This document shows, one piece after another, positions 1 to 9,246 of a stretch of DNA of 48,350 nt (position 1 is its first letter; every line of letters begins with the position of its first letter). Position numbers and translations under genes: made by a program. Source of the stretch: Nitrospiraceae bacterium (GTDB taxonomy: Bacteria; Nitrospirota; Nitrospiria; Nitrospirales; Nitrospiraceae); assembly GCA_050246315.1 (NCBI GenBank), contig JBFWWG010000019.1:1-48350 (forward strand), in the 5' to 3' direction. The notes below the pieces were generated by a model. The model saw only the letters and a list, made by a program, of their open reading frames with translations. It ran no database searches and had not been told where the DNA came from.

Positions 1-104
1 GTGCCGTGCCACGCATAGCAGCCAGTCTCTCTTTGGCCTGAAAGGACACGCAGCTGACAACCGAAAGAGGATTCTTGTGTCCATCCACTTGACATCCACA
101 TAGC
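1..104 (+). mobile_element. Right non-coding end of a probable IS110-family insertion sequence (transposase outside window)
   Basis: Identical inverted copy at the other window end. Ends in ...cTTGACAtccacatagc (outward -35-like hexamer at 89-94, typical of IS110-family right ends) and abuts half of a REP/MITE repeat. Family call is inference; no transposase is visible. Confidence 0.65.
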
Positions 105-148
105 AGCCTGTCGAAGCACACAAATCGCGTTTTTCCGCAGTCTGCTGG
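105..148 (+). repeat. Right half of type-A MITE/REP-like repeat interrupted by the IS
   Basis: agcctgtcgaagcacacaaatcgcgtttttccgcagtctgctgg matches the 3' part of the copies ending at 34660 and 35107. Confidence 0.8.
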
Positions 149-367
149 AGACGCCGCTCTTCGGATGCCCGTTGCTTCGGTCATGCACCGGGTGACACGT
201 CACGAATCGTCGTGAACGATGTGCGGGCTCACGCCGCTCACCACTGGAAATGCGGTGGGATGATCTGAAATAACTGAACCCTGTGACCATCCGAAGGTGC
301 CGCTGAGCCATTCGGACGGTCCCATGGAATCAATATCGGCGTCGTGTCTGAACACAGGGAGTAGACG

Positions 368-1804
368 ATGCTATTCAAACAATACTATCTCGGCTGTCTG
401 GCTCACGCGTCGTATTTGATCGGGGACGAACAGACCGGCACAGCGGCGGTGGTCGATCCCCAGCGCGATATCGACCAGTATCTGGCGGATGCCACGCAAT
501 CCGGTCTCCGGATCAGACACGTGTTTCTCACGCATTTCCACGCCGACTTTGTCGCCGGGCATCTCGAACTGCGCGAACGAACCGGCGCCACCATTTATCT
601 GGGCGCTCGCGCCGAAGCGGAGTATGACTACAAGCCGGTCGGCGACGGAGACACGATCGAGTTTGGCACGGTTCGGCTTCGCATTCTGGAAACGCCGGGG
701 CACACACCGGAGGGGATTTCGATTCTGGTCTATGATCTCGCCACGAGCGGCACGCGCCCTCATGCGGTGCTCACCGGTGACACGCTCTTCATCGGCGATG
801 TGGGGCGGCCTGATTTGCTGGCCTCGGTCGGCGTCACGGCGGAGGAATTGGCCGGGCAGTTGTACGACTCGCTCCACGGCAAACTCCTCCCCCTGCCGGA
901 CGAGACGCTGGTCTATCCGGCGCACGGCGCGGGGTCGATGTGCGGCAAGCACCTGAGCACCGACACCTGGTCGAGCATGGGTGTGCAACGGGCCTACAAC
1001 TATGCGCTCCAACCCATGAGCAAGGAGGTCTTCGTCAAGCTGGTCACGGCCGATCAACCGGAGGCGCCGCAGTATTTTGCGTTCGACGCGATGCTCAACC
1101 GGAGCCGGCGGGGGACGTTGCAGCAAAGCCTGGCGGGAGGGTTGAAGCCGTTGTCGCTGGAGGATTTGCTGCGCTTGCAAGAGCAGGGCGCGCAGGTGCT
1201 CGATGTGCGTGATCCCGCCGACTTTGCAGGAGGGCATCTCTCGGGCAGCCTCAATATCAGCCTGCGAGGGAAGTTCGCCACCTGGGCGGGGACCATTCTC
1301 GATCGAGAGAAATTGATCGTCATCGTCGCGGAGCCGGGTTGCGAGGAAGAGGCCGCGATGAGACTGGGGCGCATCGGATTCGACCATCTTGCGGGCTATC
1401 TCCGGGATGGGATGGAGGCCTTGCGGTCACGGCCGGACCTGCTGGCGAGGACGCAGCGGGTCAGCGCCGCCACGCTCGCCGAACTGCTTGCCGAGCCGGC
1501 GCCGCCCACGGTGTTGGACGTGCGAACCGAACAAGAGCGAAAGGAAAGCGCCATCGCGGGCAGCCTGCACATTCCGTTGCCCCATTTGATGGATCGGCTT
1601 CATGACCTGAAGGATCTGGGGCAAATCGTCGTGCACTGTGCAAGCGGCTATCGTTCGTCAATCGCCGCCAGTCTGTTGGATCGACAGGGCTTCCACCACG
1701 TGATGGACTTGGTCGGCGGGATCGAGGCCTGGCAAGCCACTGTCCAGGCAGCCGGTTCACAGGGTAGAGGCTCACCGCCTGCGCGCGGATCGTCAAGTCC
1801 CTAA
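368..1804 (+). CDS. MBL-fold metallo-hydrolase with two rhodanese domains (persulfide dioxygenase/sulfurtransferase-like)
   Basis: THFHADF, TPGHTPE, TGDTLFIGDVGRPDL and PAHGAGS motifs; two LDVR rhodanese repeats, C-terminal active loop HCASGYRS; RBS gggag. Confidence 0.92.
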   Translation: MLFKQYYLGCLAHASYLIGDEQTGTAAVVDPQRDIDQYLADATQSGLRIRHVFLTHFHADFVAGHLELRERTGATIYLGARAEAEYDYKPVGDGDTIEFGTVRLRILETPGHTPEGISILVYDLATSGTRPHAVLTGDTLFIGDVGRPDLLASVGVTAEELAGQLYDSLHGKLLPLPDETLVYPAHGAGSMCGKHLSTDTWSSMGVQRAYNYALQPMSKEVFVKLVTADQPEAPQYFAFDAMLNRSRRGTLQQSLAGGLKPLSLEDLLRLQEQGAQVLDVRDPADFAGGHLSGSLNISLRGKFATWAGTILDREKLIVIVAEPGCEEEAAMRLGRIGFDHLAGYLRDGMEALRSRPDLLARTQRVSAATLAELLAEPAPPTVLDVRTEQERKESAIAGSLHIPLPHLMDRLHDLKDLGQIVVHCASGYRSSIAASLLDRQGFHHVMDLVGGIEAWQATVQAAGSQGRGSPPARGSSSP

Positions 1805-2168
1805 CCCACCCCCTTCCGGCAGACACCAGTCCAGCAGCCGTGAGCTGGCGGGTTCTCTTCAGCCTGCGATCCGTTTACTCGACCCATGGGGTCGTCTGGG
1901 CCGAGTCCGGAAGTCCCGTGAACAACGAAGATAGGTGCCAATGCGGAGTGGGGACAACAAAGGGTTCCGACCCCTAAGAATTCACCTTCGAATTCGGTGA
2001 GTCGGGCCCTTCCCCCAATAGCTATTCTGCGTTGAAAGACTTGATCTAGCTTGCCAACCAGGGATGAGTTCTTCGGCCAGCTCGAAGCAGCCCGTCTGGA
2101 TATGGCACAAATGACCATAGCACAATATGGAAGAATGTATGGTCTTATGGTAGGCTTCGTCTCGTCTG

Positions 2169-2459
2169 ATGGAAAAGACACGGTTTGAGTGGGACTCAGA
2201 CAAGAACGCTGAGAACAGGACGAAACACGGCGTCTCATTCGAACGCGCTCAATACGCCTTTGCAGATCCCAGACGTGTGATCGCGAAGGATCTCACACAT
2301 AGTCAGTCAGAGGATCGGTTCTACTGTTTTGGTGATGTCGATGGAGGCATCCTGACGGTCCGGTTTGTGTACAGAGCCTCTGTCATTCGGATCATCGGAG
2401 CGGGTTACTGGCGTAAAGGAAAGGCGATCTATGAGCACGAAAATCAAATACAGCAATGA
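2169..2459 (+). CDS. brnT: BrnT-family toxin
   Basis: FEWDSDKNAENRTKHGVSFE...EDRF...IRIIGAG signature; overlaps the antitoxin. Confidence 0.9.
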   Translation: MEKTRFEWDSDKNAENRTKHGVSFERAQYAFADPRRVIAKDLTHSQSEDRFYCFGDVDGGILTVRFVYRASVIRIIGAGYWRKGKAIYEHENQIQQ

Positions 2460-2709
2460 GTCGCTAGGGGAGATTCGCGTGATCCCGGATTTTCTTCCTT
2501 CTCCAGCCGACCTGGCTTTTCGAGAGGAGGGCGTCAAAGTCACGCTGGCCTTGAGCAAGAAGTCGGTCGAATTTTTCAAGGCCGAGGCGGGTCGGCATCA
2601 TACTCAGTACCAGCGTATGATTCGTCGACTTCTCGATGCCTACGTCGAGACGCAATCTCACGGTCCATCCGCTCGCGCACCTCGGTCTATCAAGAAAAGG
2701 TTGAGATAA
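2431..2709 (+). CDS. BrnA/CopG-like (RHH) antitoxin
   Basis: ATG 2431 overlaps toxin 3' end; DFLPSP...KVTLALSKKSVEFFKAEA...YQRMIRRLLDAYV. Confidence 0.85.
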   Translation: MSTKIKYSNESLGEIRVIPDFLPSPADLAFREEGVKVTLALSKKSVEFFKAEAGRHHTQYQRMIRRLLDAYVETQSHGPSARAPRSIKKRLR

Positions 2710-2817
2710 CCTCTTGAGCGAAATGCGCAGATCTGAAGGGCTGGCGTCTGCAGTCTGATTTCTTGAGAAGGAACTTAAACCCATTTGGGTTTCCATATTT
2801 CAGGAGGATAGGTTGCT

Positions 2818-3603
2818 GTGTTTAGAGCGTATTTTGATGCGAGCGGGCATGAAGAGGACCCACAGATGGAAGTACTGTCAGTGGCTGGTTTCATCGCTCC
2901 CGCAGATGTGTGGAGCGATTTTGAGACCAAATGGAATCAGCGACTCGCTGACGATGGCCTACCCGCCTTCCATATGTCGGAGTGTGCAAACTACAGGTAT
3001 ACGTTCGAGGGATGGAGAGAAAAAGAACGACAACGCCAGAAGCTGCTGCGTGATTTGCTGGATATGCTTAAGCCTTTGAGCAGGAAGTTCGGATGCACGA
3101 TTCCAACCAAGCTATACAAAGAAAGACTTTCAGAGAATCCAAGAGAGAGATTCAAATTCAAAGCTTATGTCATTGCGGCGAGATCCTGCGTTGACCAGGT
3201 GCGCGAATGGTGCCGTCCGGAAGGGGCCCCACAGCTATCTGGTATTCAATTCTTTTTCGAAAGAGGTGATCAATGGCAACCAGAGCTGAAACTGCGAATG
3301 GTGGAAGACGGCTTCCCCGAGCCCATCTTCAAGCCAAAGATGGATGTATTTGATAGGAAGGGAACTCTCAAAGAGCCGGGACTGGTTCCGTTCCAGGCAG
3401 CCGATATTCTGGCCTATATCGCATTCCTCTCCGAGAAGTTCTTTCGCCGAGAGATGGACACCTGGGATGATAAAGAGAGTATTCATTGGATGCGAGAAGA
3501 AATATTAAACGCAGTGCCTGGCGAGCCAAGATGCTTCACCCCTGACGATCTCGATAGATTTGAAACTCTCTTGCAAGTCAATGATCGGGGTCTTGTTGGG
3601 TAG
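2818..3603 (+). CDS. DUF3800-family protein
   Basis: N-terminal YFDASG, FHMSE and C-terminal FQAADILAY motifs; GTG start with AGGAGG RBS; more AT-rich than the flanks. Confidence 0.75.
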   Translation: MFRAYFDASGHEEDPQMEVLSVAGFIAPADVWSDFETKWNQRLADDGLPAFHMSECANYRYTFEGWREKERQRQKLLRDLLDMLKPLSRKFGCTIPTKLYKERLSENPRERFKFKAYVIAARSCVDQVREWCRPEGAPQLSGIQFFFERGDQWQPELKLRMVEDGFPEPIFKPKMDVFDRKGTLKEPGLVPFQAADILAYIAFLSEKFFRREMDTWDDKESIHWMREEILNAVPGEPRCFTPDDLDRFETLLQVNDRGLVG

Positions 3604-3608
3604 AGCCA

Positions 3609-4385
3609 ATGAAATTTTATCGAGGTGATTCTGTTCCGAGTCAAGTAATGAACGCTACTCGCATAGATCGAGGACGCACCTTCGCTGACCACTTCTGCGG
3701 AAATGGGCTCATGGCAAAGTTCGCCGATGGGGGTACAAGCACACTGTTGCAGGGCAAGAGGCTTCTCGACATGATCTTGAGCCACGTTGGCTATGAACGC
3801 GGTCAGCCGGAGCAAGCATTCTCGTATCACAGCCCGTTCCTCTCATTCACCCGGGATCTAGAAGCGGCCTTGAACTTTTCCGAGCGTACGAGAAAGAAGG
3901 AGCTGGAGGAGTGTCCTTTGGAAGATGCCTCCTACTTCGTTTGGGAACTCGATATTGATCTTCCTGACGAGGTCGAGCCAGGCCGTTACCAATTCGTTTA
4001 CAAAGCGAGTTCTGTGAATTGTAGGCAGCATGTTTATAGTCAAATTCAGCGAGCGCCTGAGTTGGTAGCCAACACCGGAGACGGCGATATTTTGGCTGTG
4101 GGACTTATGAATCTATTTGCCATGCGAAATGCGGATGCTGATTCCCGGGACCACTGCGCCGAAATTATCGATGTAGTTACGTACGTCCAAGGTCATGATA
4201 CGAGCGGTCATGATCTGCGCCTTGTGGCTAACACGCTGGAGCGGGCGAGGCGTTCTCGTGAATGGTTACTCTGTCCAACAGACCCGATGGAAGACGGGTC
4301 TGGACTATCGTCTCGTTTCGTCATGAACCGGCACCTTCGACCCCGCAAATATTACCGGGTTTGCAGTGCGCCGAAAGCTAGGTGA
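3609..4385 (+). CDS. Hypothetical protein, candidate R-S-E ADP-ribosyltransferase-like fold
   Basis: Clear ORF 5 nt after the DUF3800 stop; FYRGDS, SHV...SPFLSFT and late SREWLL motifs. Function is inference. Confidence 0.55.
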   Translation: MKFYRGDSVPSQVMNATRIDRGRTFADHFCGNGLMAKFADGGTSTLLQGKRLLDMILSHVGYERGQPEQAFSYHSPFLSFTRDLEAALNFSERTRKKELEECPLEDASYFVWELDIDLPDEVEPGRYQFVYKASSVNCRQHVYSQIQRAPELVANTGDGDILAVGLMNLFAMRNADADSRDHCAEIIDVVTYVQGHDTSGHDLRLVANTLERARRSREWLLCPTDPMEDGSGLSSRFVMNRHLRPRKYYRVCSAPKAR

Positions 4386-4532
4386 GTCAAAGTTGAAGGA
4401 GAATGTACCGAGGGTCTTTTTCATGACTTTTAGGAGTGAATCCAATTGTTGTTCGCCGTGACTGCTTCATACCTTGGGTGCCAGCTAGAGATACAGGGAG
4501 ACCTTTTCAGGGCTGAGACGACCCGGGTCGAG

Positions 4533-4845
4533 CTAGACCGCGGCTTTCTTCACCCTAACTTCAGCCCGGTATCCTGTTGCGGCCAGTACTCTGATAAGCA
4601 CGTCGGTTGATACGCCATGGGTGTTGCCGTTGGCAATCCCTGTCACTCGCGTTCTGGATGTTCCAGCGCGTTTGGCAATGTCGGCATGAGTAAGCTCTCC
4701 TGCTTGAATGATCCTTAATCAACGCGACGGTGAGTTCAGAGCGAAACTCCATTTCGGCGGTATCGGCCTGAGACAAACCCAAGGCGCGCCCGAGCTCGTC
4801 AGCGGTCCGAACCGTCACGGTCTTTCTGGTCTTTGCTGTGGCCAT
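4533..4845 (-). pseudogene. Frameshifted HigA/XRE-type HTH antitoxin
   Basis: One extra base near 4713 splits MATAK...ALIK from IIQAGELTHADIAKRAGTSRTRVTGIANGNTHGVSTDVLIRVLAATGYRAEVRVKKAAV*. Could be a sequencing error. Confidence 0.75.
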
Positions 4846-4906
4846 GCAACACCTCCATCAATCGCTGTCGATCAAAGGTGATTCCCTGCCCCAGCTTCTT
4901 ACACGA

Positions 4907-5094
4907 CTAGGGAGCCACGACCTTCAGTCCCTGGATTTTTGAAGCGATCCGAGGAAACTCCAGCAGGTTGCTCGTGACGACCGTGGCGCCGATCTGTTGG
5001 GCAGTGAGCGAGATCAGGATGTCGTTATCGCCAGGATATTCAGGATCAGGGTATTGTTAGCGAGCTGAATCTTGCCGACTATCGGTAGGGCCAT
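4907..5094 (-). pseudogene. Internally deleted PIN/VapC toxin
   Basis: Short N-terminus MALPIVGKIQL joined out of frame to the PIN C-terminus DNDILISLTAQQIGATVVTSNLLEFPRI...VVAP*. Confidence 0.75.
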
Positions 5095-5285
5095 GGCCGG
5101 ATATCGCCCTTTAAGACTCCTTTCAGGGGAGCCAGGGCTTTGCTAAGGCGCTGTTCCTCGACCAGCAGCGACAAGGCCTTGTCGCTGGCTTCCTGCTCTG
5201 ACTGCACACCAAAGTATCGTTTGGCCGCGTTGATCTTGCGCTGATCCAGCACAAGATGTTTGTGTTTGAGCGCTTGGGATCTCAC
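5079..5285 (-). CDS. VapB-like antitoxin
   Basis: GTG start after gggggaaa; KHKHLVLDQRKINAAKRYFGVQSEQEA; overlaps the PIN remnant; tgtaca-N5-tgtaca operator-like site at 5297-5313. Confidence 0.7.
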   Translation of the reverse strand: MRSQALKHKHLVLDQRKINAAKRYFGVQSEQEASDKALSLLVEEQRLSKALAPLKGVLKGDIRPWPYR

Positions 5286-5422
5286 TTTCCCCCCTCTGTA
5301 CACGGGATGTACATCATTTATAGATCGGCGGGGGTAGTTCGTGCAAGGACCAAAGAATACGGGAGGTGCTGTCTGCTCAGGCTCAGGCTTACGAGGAGAA
5401 ACGGAAGGGGTTACAACGTCGG

Positions 5423-8158
5423 TCAAGGACTCTGCGACGCGATCCGAATTCGCGCGTCCACGATCCGGCAGCCTTGGCCGGGCGGGAAGGCGAAGACGGG
5501 ATTGAGATCGAGTTCGTTGATCTCCGCGACTTCTTCCACGAGGGTGGACACTCGCAGCAGCACGTCTTCGATCGCCGCGATGTCCGCGGGCGCGTGGCCG
5601 CGATAGCCTTCCAATAAACGATATCCGCGGATCGCCCGCACCATCGCGTGCGCGTCTCGATCCGTGAGCGGCGTCACGCGGAACTGCACGTCTTGCAGAA
5701 TCTCCACGTGGATGCCGCCGAGTCCGAAGGCGACGAGCGGGCCGAACGAGGGATCGTGCGTGGCCCCCACCATGACCTCGACCCCGCCGGACAGCATCGG
5801 CTGGATCACGACCCCTTCCATTGCATCGAGCTGGTTGCGCCTCTGAAGCTGTTCCCGGATGTCGCGATAGGCTTGGCGGACGTCCTCGCTGTTGCGAAGC
5901 GGGAGACGCACCCCTCCGACCTCCGTCTTGTGAACGATCGTGCGGCTGGCCAGCTTGACTGCGACCGGAAACCCGACCTGGTCTGCCAGCGCAACTGCTG
6001 CGTCCTCCGTTGTGGCGACGCCGCCCGTAGGCAGTGGGAGGCGCATCGCGGCCAAAACGGCGCGAGTCTCATCGGCGCTCAGCCAGCCCGAGGCTTCCTT
6101 CCGCAACGCCCTGGTGCAGATGTCCCTGACGAGTTGAAGATCGATATCGGAATGGAGCGGCACCTGCCCGATCGGCTCCCTCCGCCACTCGCCATAACAC
6201 GCCGCCTTGCTCAAGACCAGACCTGGCGTTTCGGGCAGGTTGAAGGTCGGAATCACTTCACCGGCTGTCGAGAAGCGTCGATCCAAATCGCCTTCGGCCA
6301 TCCACGTGATCATCACCGGCTTACTCACGATGCCGGCGCTCCGCGCCTGCCGGATGCCTTCAAGGATGCCTTCGCTGATCGGTGCCGTGTCCTGGGGGCT
6401 CACCGCGATAAACAGAATGATCAGCGCGTCGAGGTCCTGGGATTCCAGAAGCGTGGCGATGGCCTGCCGGTACTGATCCGGGGTCGCAGAGGCGATCAGG
6501 TCCACGGGGTTTTTGAGCGATGCCGCGGCCGGTGTGAAGGCCGCCAATTGCCGGCTGGTCGCAGATGAGAGTTCCGGCACGAGCAGGCCGTTGGCTTCGC
6601 AGGCGTCGGCGCAGAGGATGCCGGGCCCACCGGCGTTCGTGAGGATCGCCACGCGGCGGCCCGACGGCAATGGCTGATTCGACAGGCCCGCCGCGAGCGC
6701 GAACATGTCCTCCAATGTGTCGGCGCGGATCACACCGGTTTGCTGGAACAGCGCATCGACGGCTGTGTCGCTCGCGGCCAGCGAGGCGGTATGCGAGCCG
6801 GCCGCGCGGCGGCCGGACGACGTTCGTCCGGCCTTGACCGTCACGATCGGTTTCCGCCGGCTCACGCGCCGTGCGATCCGGGAAAAGCGCCTCGGGTTCC
6901 CGAACGACTCGACGTAGAGGAGGATCACGTCCGACGCCCGGTCTTCTTCCCAATATTGCAGGAGATCGTTGACCGACACGTCCGCCTTGTTGCCGACGCT
7001 CACGAAGATGGAGATGCCGACCTGCAGGCGGCGTGCCGCCGCCAGCACGGCCAACCCCAGCGCTCCGCTCTGTGACGACATGGCCACACGGCCGGCGGGA
7101 GGAAAGGTGGAGCTGAAGGTGGCGTTCAGCCGGATCGAGTCGTCGGTATTCACGACGCCGAAACAGTTCGGTCCCACCAGCCTCATGCCGTAGTCGCGTG
7201 TTTTCTGCGCGAGCGTTTGTTGGAGCCTGGCTCCTTCCGTTCCGATCTCTGCGAACCCGGCCGTGATGACCACCAGCGTCCGAACGTTGGCGGTGCCGCA
7301 TTCGTCCACGACCTGGAGCACCCTCTCGGCCGGGACAGCGATGACTGCCACATCGACGCGTGCCGGGACCTCGGTGATGGAAGGATAGGACGCCAGTCCG
7401 CGGATGGACGAAGTCGACGGGTTCACCGGGTACAGGTTGCCGCGAAATCCGGCGGACAGCAGGGCGTCGAGCAACTTGGCACCGAGGCGGGAAGGATCGC
7501 GGGAGGCGCCGATCACCGCCAGGTGCTGCGGGCGGAACAGGGGCTTGAGCGATGCGACCGTGGCGACCCGTTCCCGAAGGTCGGTTCTCGTGGGTTCCGA
7601 TCCCAGCGGGCGGATCAGCAACTCGACCTCCATTTCGTCTCCCGTGAACCACTCGCGCATCTCGAATCCAGACTCGTGAAATACCTCGCGCATGGCGAGG
7701 TTGTCCGGTTGGGTGACGGCCCAGAGTCTCGTGAAGCCGGCGTCATGGGCGGCAAACGCCAACTGTTCCAAGAGCAGGGTCCCCAGTCCCATGCCGTGAT
7801 GCTCGTCGTCCACGGCGAAGGCGACCTCCACCGTCCGTTCATCCTTGGCGGCATACGAGCCGACCGCTAAGATGGACAGCCGGTCTCCTTGCCGCGCGAC
7901 GAACAGGGTGAGCTGTTGCGATGGATTCGAGGCGTTGCACATGTCCCGGACCAATTCGTCCGGCGGGGCTACCTCCAAAAAAAACCGGCGGCGGCGCGCT
8001 GCAGGAGAGAGTCGCGCAAAAAAGTCGAGTAGGGCGGTCTGGTGGGTCCGGTTCGCGACATAGAGGGTTGCGCTGGTGCCGTCCCGCAAGAGCACCGGTG
8101 TCGGCTCGACTCCAGCCGGCAGGACCGCCTCTGGTTCATGTGGACGGAAGCGGCTCAT
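5423..8158 (-). CDS. N-terminal GNAT fused to NDP-forming acyl-CoA synthetase domains (Pat-like)
   Basis: EVAFAVDDEHHGMGLG (GNAT), AVIGASR (CoA-binding), GPNCFG, SQSGALG, GNKADV, SHTAS, TNAGGPG, HKTEVGGV, ELDLNPV (ATP-grasp). Confidence 0.93.
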   Translation of the reverse strand: MSRFRPHEPEAVLPAGVEPTPVLLRDGTSATLYVANRTHQTALLDFFARLSPAARRRRFFLEVAPPDELVRDMCNASNPSQQLTLFVARQGDRLSILAVGSYAAKDERTVEVAFAVDDEHHGMGLGTLLLEQLAFAAHDAGFTRLWAVTQPDNLAMREVFHESGFEMREWFTGDEMEVELLIRPLGSEPTRTDLRERVATVASLKPLFRPQHLAVIGASRDPSRLGAKLLDALLSAGFRGNLYPVNPSTSSIRGLASYPSITEVPARVDVAVIAVPAERVLQVVDECGTANVRTLVVITAGFAEIGTEGARLQQTLAQKTRDYGMRLVGPNCFGVVNTDDSIRLNATFSSTFPPAGRVAMSSQSGALGLAVLAAARRLQVGISIFVSVGNKADVSVNDLLQYWEEDRASDVILLYVESFGNPRRFSRIARRVSRRKPIVTVKAGRTSSGRRAAGSHTASLAASDTAVDALFQQTGVIRADTLEDMFALAAGLSNQPLPSGRRVAILTNAGGPGILCADACEANGLLVPELSSATSRQLAAFTPAAASLKNPVDLIASATPDQYRQAIATLLESQDLDALIILFIAVSPQDTAPISEGILEGIRQARSAGIVSKPVMITWMAEGDLDRRFSTAGEVIPTFNLPETPGLVLSKAACYGEWRREPIGQVPLHSDIDLQLVRDICTRALRKEASGWLSADETRAVLAAMRLPLPTGGVATTEDAAVALADQVGFPVAVKLASRTIVHKTEVGGVRLPLRNSEDVRQAYRDIREQLQRRNQLDAMEGVVIQPMLSGGVEVMVGATHDPSFGPLVAFGLGGIHVEILQDVQFRVTPLTDRDAHAMVRAIRGYRLLEGYRGHAPADIAAIEDVLLRVSTLVEEVAEINELDLNPVFAFPPGQGCRIVDARIRIASQSP

Positions 8159-8243
8159 CCGCGATCGAATTGGCGAAGGGGACGAGTACGACAGAGGGCC
8201 ATGGAGACCATGCGGGCCGGCGATTCACTGCCCCGCGGCAGGG

Positions 8244-9101
8244 TCACCGAATGACGAGCACCGGACAACTGACGTGGTGCAGCACGGCGTGCGAGACGCT
8301 GCCGAGGAGGAACCGTTCCACCCCGCGCCTGCCATGCGAGCCGATGACGACGAGTTGCGCGGCCTTGGCAGCCTCGGCGATCTGATCCGCCGGATCGCCT
8401 TTCAACACCTGGGTCGAGGAGATCTGATAGAGACCGCCGAGCGCGGTCGCGGTCTCGCGCACTTGTCCCTGCGCGTACTTCTCCATTTCCTCCGACCAGG
8501 CTGCGTACCCGTAAGCAAGGGTGGGATCGCCGACTTGGGGCGTCGGCACGACGCTGATCACCGACCAGGAGACCGAACGGGCGAGACGGTTGGTCGAGAG
8601 CCAGCCTCGCAGGCGGGCGGCATCCTCCACCCCTTCGATAGCCAAGACGGCATGGGTGATGGCCCCGGGGTTCGCACGGACGATCAGAGCCGAACAGGAG
8701 GCATGCTGAACCACACGATGGGAGACGCTGCCGAGAACGGCCTCGGCCATTCGGCCCCAGCCGCGGTTGCCGAGGACGATCAAGTCGGCCTTGGCGGACT
8801 TGGCTGTTTCAAGGATGACGTCGGCGGGATTGCCGAATTGATACAAACGCCGGACGGTTTTCACGGTGGACGGGACCAAGGCCGCGGTCTGGTCCAGCAG
8901 TTTCTCGCCGGCATCGATGAGGGACTGTCGTAGTTCCTCGTGCGCCTGTTTGGCCAGCGGAACCGGTGTGAACGGGCTCTCGAACGCCCGCATGTCGATG
9001 CCGTGGATCAGCGTCAGTTCGTCCGGCGTAAAGAGCCGCCCGGCCACTTGAACGGCATTAAAGGTTTGATCCGACCAATCGACGGCGATCACGATGCGCA
9101 T
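8244..9101 (-). CDS. Tandem-domain universal stress protein
   Basis: IVIAVDWS; two GxxG...LGSVSH...CxxLV motifs. Confidence 0.93.
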   Translation of the reverse strand: MRIVIAVDWSDQTFNAVQVAGRLFTPDELTLIHGIDMRAFESPFTPVPLAKQAHEELRQSLIDAGEKLLDQTAALVPSTVKTVRRLYQFGNPADVILETAKSAKADLIVLGNRGWGRMAEAVLGSVSHRVVQHASCSALIVRANPGAITHAVLAIEGVEDAARLRGWLSTNRLARSVSWSVISVVPTPQVGDPTLAYGYAAWSEEMEKYAQGQVRETATALGGLYQISSTQVLKGDPADQIAEAAKAAQLVVIGSHGRRGVERFLLGSVSHAVLHHVSCPVLVIR

Positions 9102-9246
9102 CGGCTTCTACTCCCTCACGTACAACCCTGCGTGGGACGCGGCGCCAGGGGCAATTCCGACCGGCCGCCTCGGAACACGCACGGCACCCCCGCCCGCGAT
9201 CATAGCATAGTGGCGGACCGATGATCTTCGTGATCCTTCGTCATGC

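Noticed and set aside
1805..2168. Small gene or RNA between the MBL hydrolase and BrnT
   Set aside because: Only short palindromes and unconvincing ORFs; agggttccgacccct may be REP-like but is unsupported.
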